A stretch of 5,115 nucleotides of DNA from Candidatus Nanopusillus sp. (GTDB lineage Archaea; Nanobdellota; Nanobdellia; Nanobdellales; Nanobdellaceae), in contig JAWDMD010000031.1 in NCBI GenBank assembly GCA_046536775.1, positions 1 to 5,115 on the forward strand, written 5' to 3'. Positions 4,568 through 5,115 of the stretch are shown here, in pieces (the first letter of the stretch is position 1; the number at the start of each line of letters is the position of its first letter). Made by a program: the position numbers and the translations under genes. Under the pieces are notes generated by a model. The model had not been told where the DNA came from, searched no databases, and saw only the letters and a list, made by a program, of their open reading frames with translations.

Positions 4568-5115
4568 GATATACACTATTTTATCGCTTAGCATCACAGC
4601 TATATTTGTGGCCATAGGTTTTTATTTTCTTAAAAACCATGAAAAAGAGTACAACGAAGCTGCAAGTTATCAACTATCAAAAGTAGATGAGCTTTTGCAA
4701 CAAAAAAACTATCAAGGAGCCCTAAACCAAGCGCAGTTTGTGGCAACCCATTATAAGAAAAGCCCAATGGCGCTTTTGGCAATGTCTTATGAAATAGGTA
4801 TATCCACGTTGGCAAACTTGCCTGTGAACGACGTTGCTTTATCTCAAGATATTTCATCTAAAGCAAAAACATTGCCTGCTAAATTCTTATACGAAGAAAG
4901 GGCAGCTTATGGGCTATACAAAGAAGGTAAATATCAACAAGCCATAAGCATACTAAACACCATCCCAAACAACGCTTTCAACAAAGCTTCTGCCTTGCTA
5001 TTGGAAGCCGAAGCTTACGAAAAATTAAACGACAAAGTAAAAGCTATAACAGTTTACAACGATATAATAAAAGCGTTTCCAAAAAGCTATTATGCAAACG
5101 TAGCCTCTCTTAGAA
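4554..5115 (+). CDS. Membrane-anchored TPR-like protein (YfgM/YbgF-like), N-terminal 187 codons; continues past the right window edge
   Basis: Absent from the track because there is no stop in the window. I read the frame from ATG 4554 through 5115 without a stop: MSKNKIYTILSLSITAIFVAIGFYFLKNHEKEYNEAASYQLSKVDELLQQKNYQGALNQAQF...ERAAYGLYKEGKYQQAISILNTIP...EAEAYEKLNDKVKAITVYNDIIKAFPKSYYANVASLR. It has a basic N-terminus plus one TM helix, then TPR-like A/Y/G-patterned helices. The SD is weak. The ORF overlaps the rpsT 3' end by 14 nt. Confidence 0.6.
   Translation, partial: MSKNKIYTILSLSITAIFVAIGFYFLKNHEKEYNEAASYQLSKVDELLQQKNYQGALNQAQFVATHYKKSPMALLAMSYEIGISTLANLPVNDVALSQDISSKAKTLPAKFLYEERAAYGLYKEGKYQQAISILNTIPNNAFNKASALLLEAEAYEKLNDKVKAITVYNDIIKAFPKSYYANVASLR

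Noticed and set aside
4630-4857. 75-aa ORF on the minus strand from the track
   Set aside because: It is antisense to the open-ended plus-strand frame starting at 4554. That frame has a signal-anchor N-terminus and TPR-like pattern and continues to the window end. The minus-strand ORF has no start context.

Overview
Low-GC bacterial chromosomal segment. A very AT-rich three-ORF cassette of about 3.8 kb sits immediately upstream of, and co-oriented with, the housekeeping gene rpsT (ribosomal protein S20, 4286..4567). The cassette has three parts. First, a 24-codon ORF with a strong SD (530..604). Second, a 99-aa N-terminally membrane-anchored coiled-coil protein (617..916). Third, overlapping it by ATGA, a 1087-aa fusion protein (913..4176). 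That fusion has a DUF4011-like N-terminal region, a complete Upf1/DNA2-like SF1 helicase motif set (GPPGTGKS, VVVDESSQ, VVGDHKQL, FQGHEKD, NVATSRAK) split by a ~316-aa Lys/Glu/Leu-rich insertion, and a C-terminal Vsr/DUF559-like PD-(D/E)XK nuclease (RLDF...ALEVDGPYH). This is the architecture of a helicase-nuclease anti-phage effector. It is closest to what I remember of the single-gene Hhe type, and is also Nhi-like. Here it carries two small, tightly linked partner ORFs, so I flag it as a candidate undescribed multi-gene variant. The cassette is bracketed by a ~70-bp imperfect direct repeat (380..451 vs 4188..4256; the 45-bp core is 41/45 identical and all 4 differences are transitions). The repeat carries an extended -10 promoter, so the rpsT promoter region is duplicated, as expected after Campbell-type insertion. 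The left copy is preceded by four 18-bp tandem iteron-like repeats (325..396) lying between two divergent, identical TGATATAAT elements. At the left edge is the 5' part of a divergently transcribed Rpn/YhgA-like PD-(D/E)XK nuclease/putative transposase gene (216..1, minus strand). At the right edge is a membrane-anchored TPR-like protein gene (4554..>5115) overlapping rpsT by 14 nt. All family assignments are motif recognition by eye; no database or HMM search was run.
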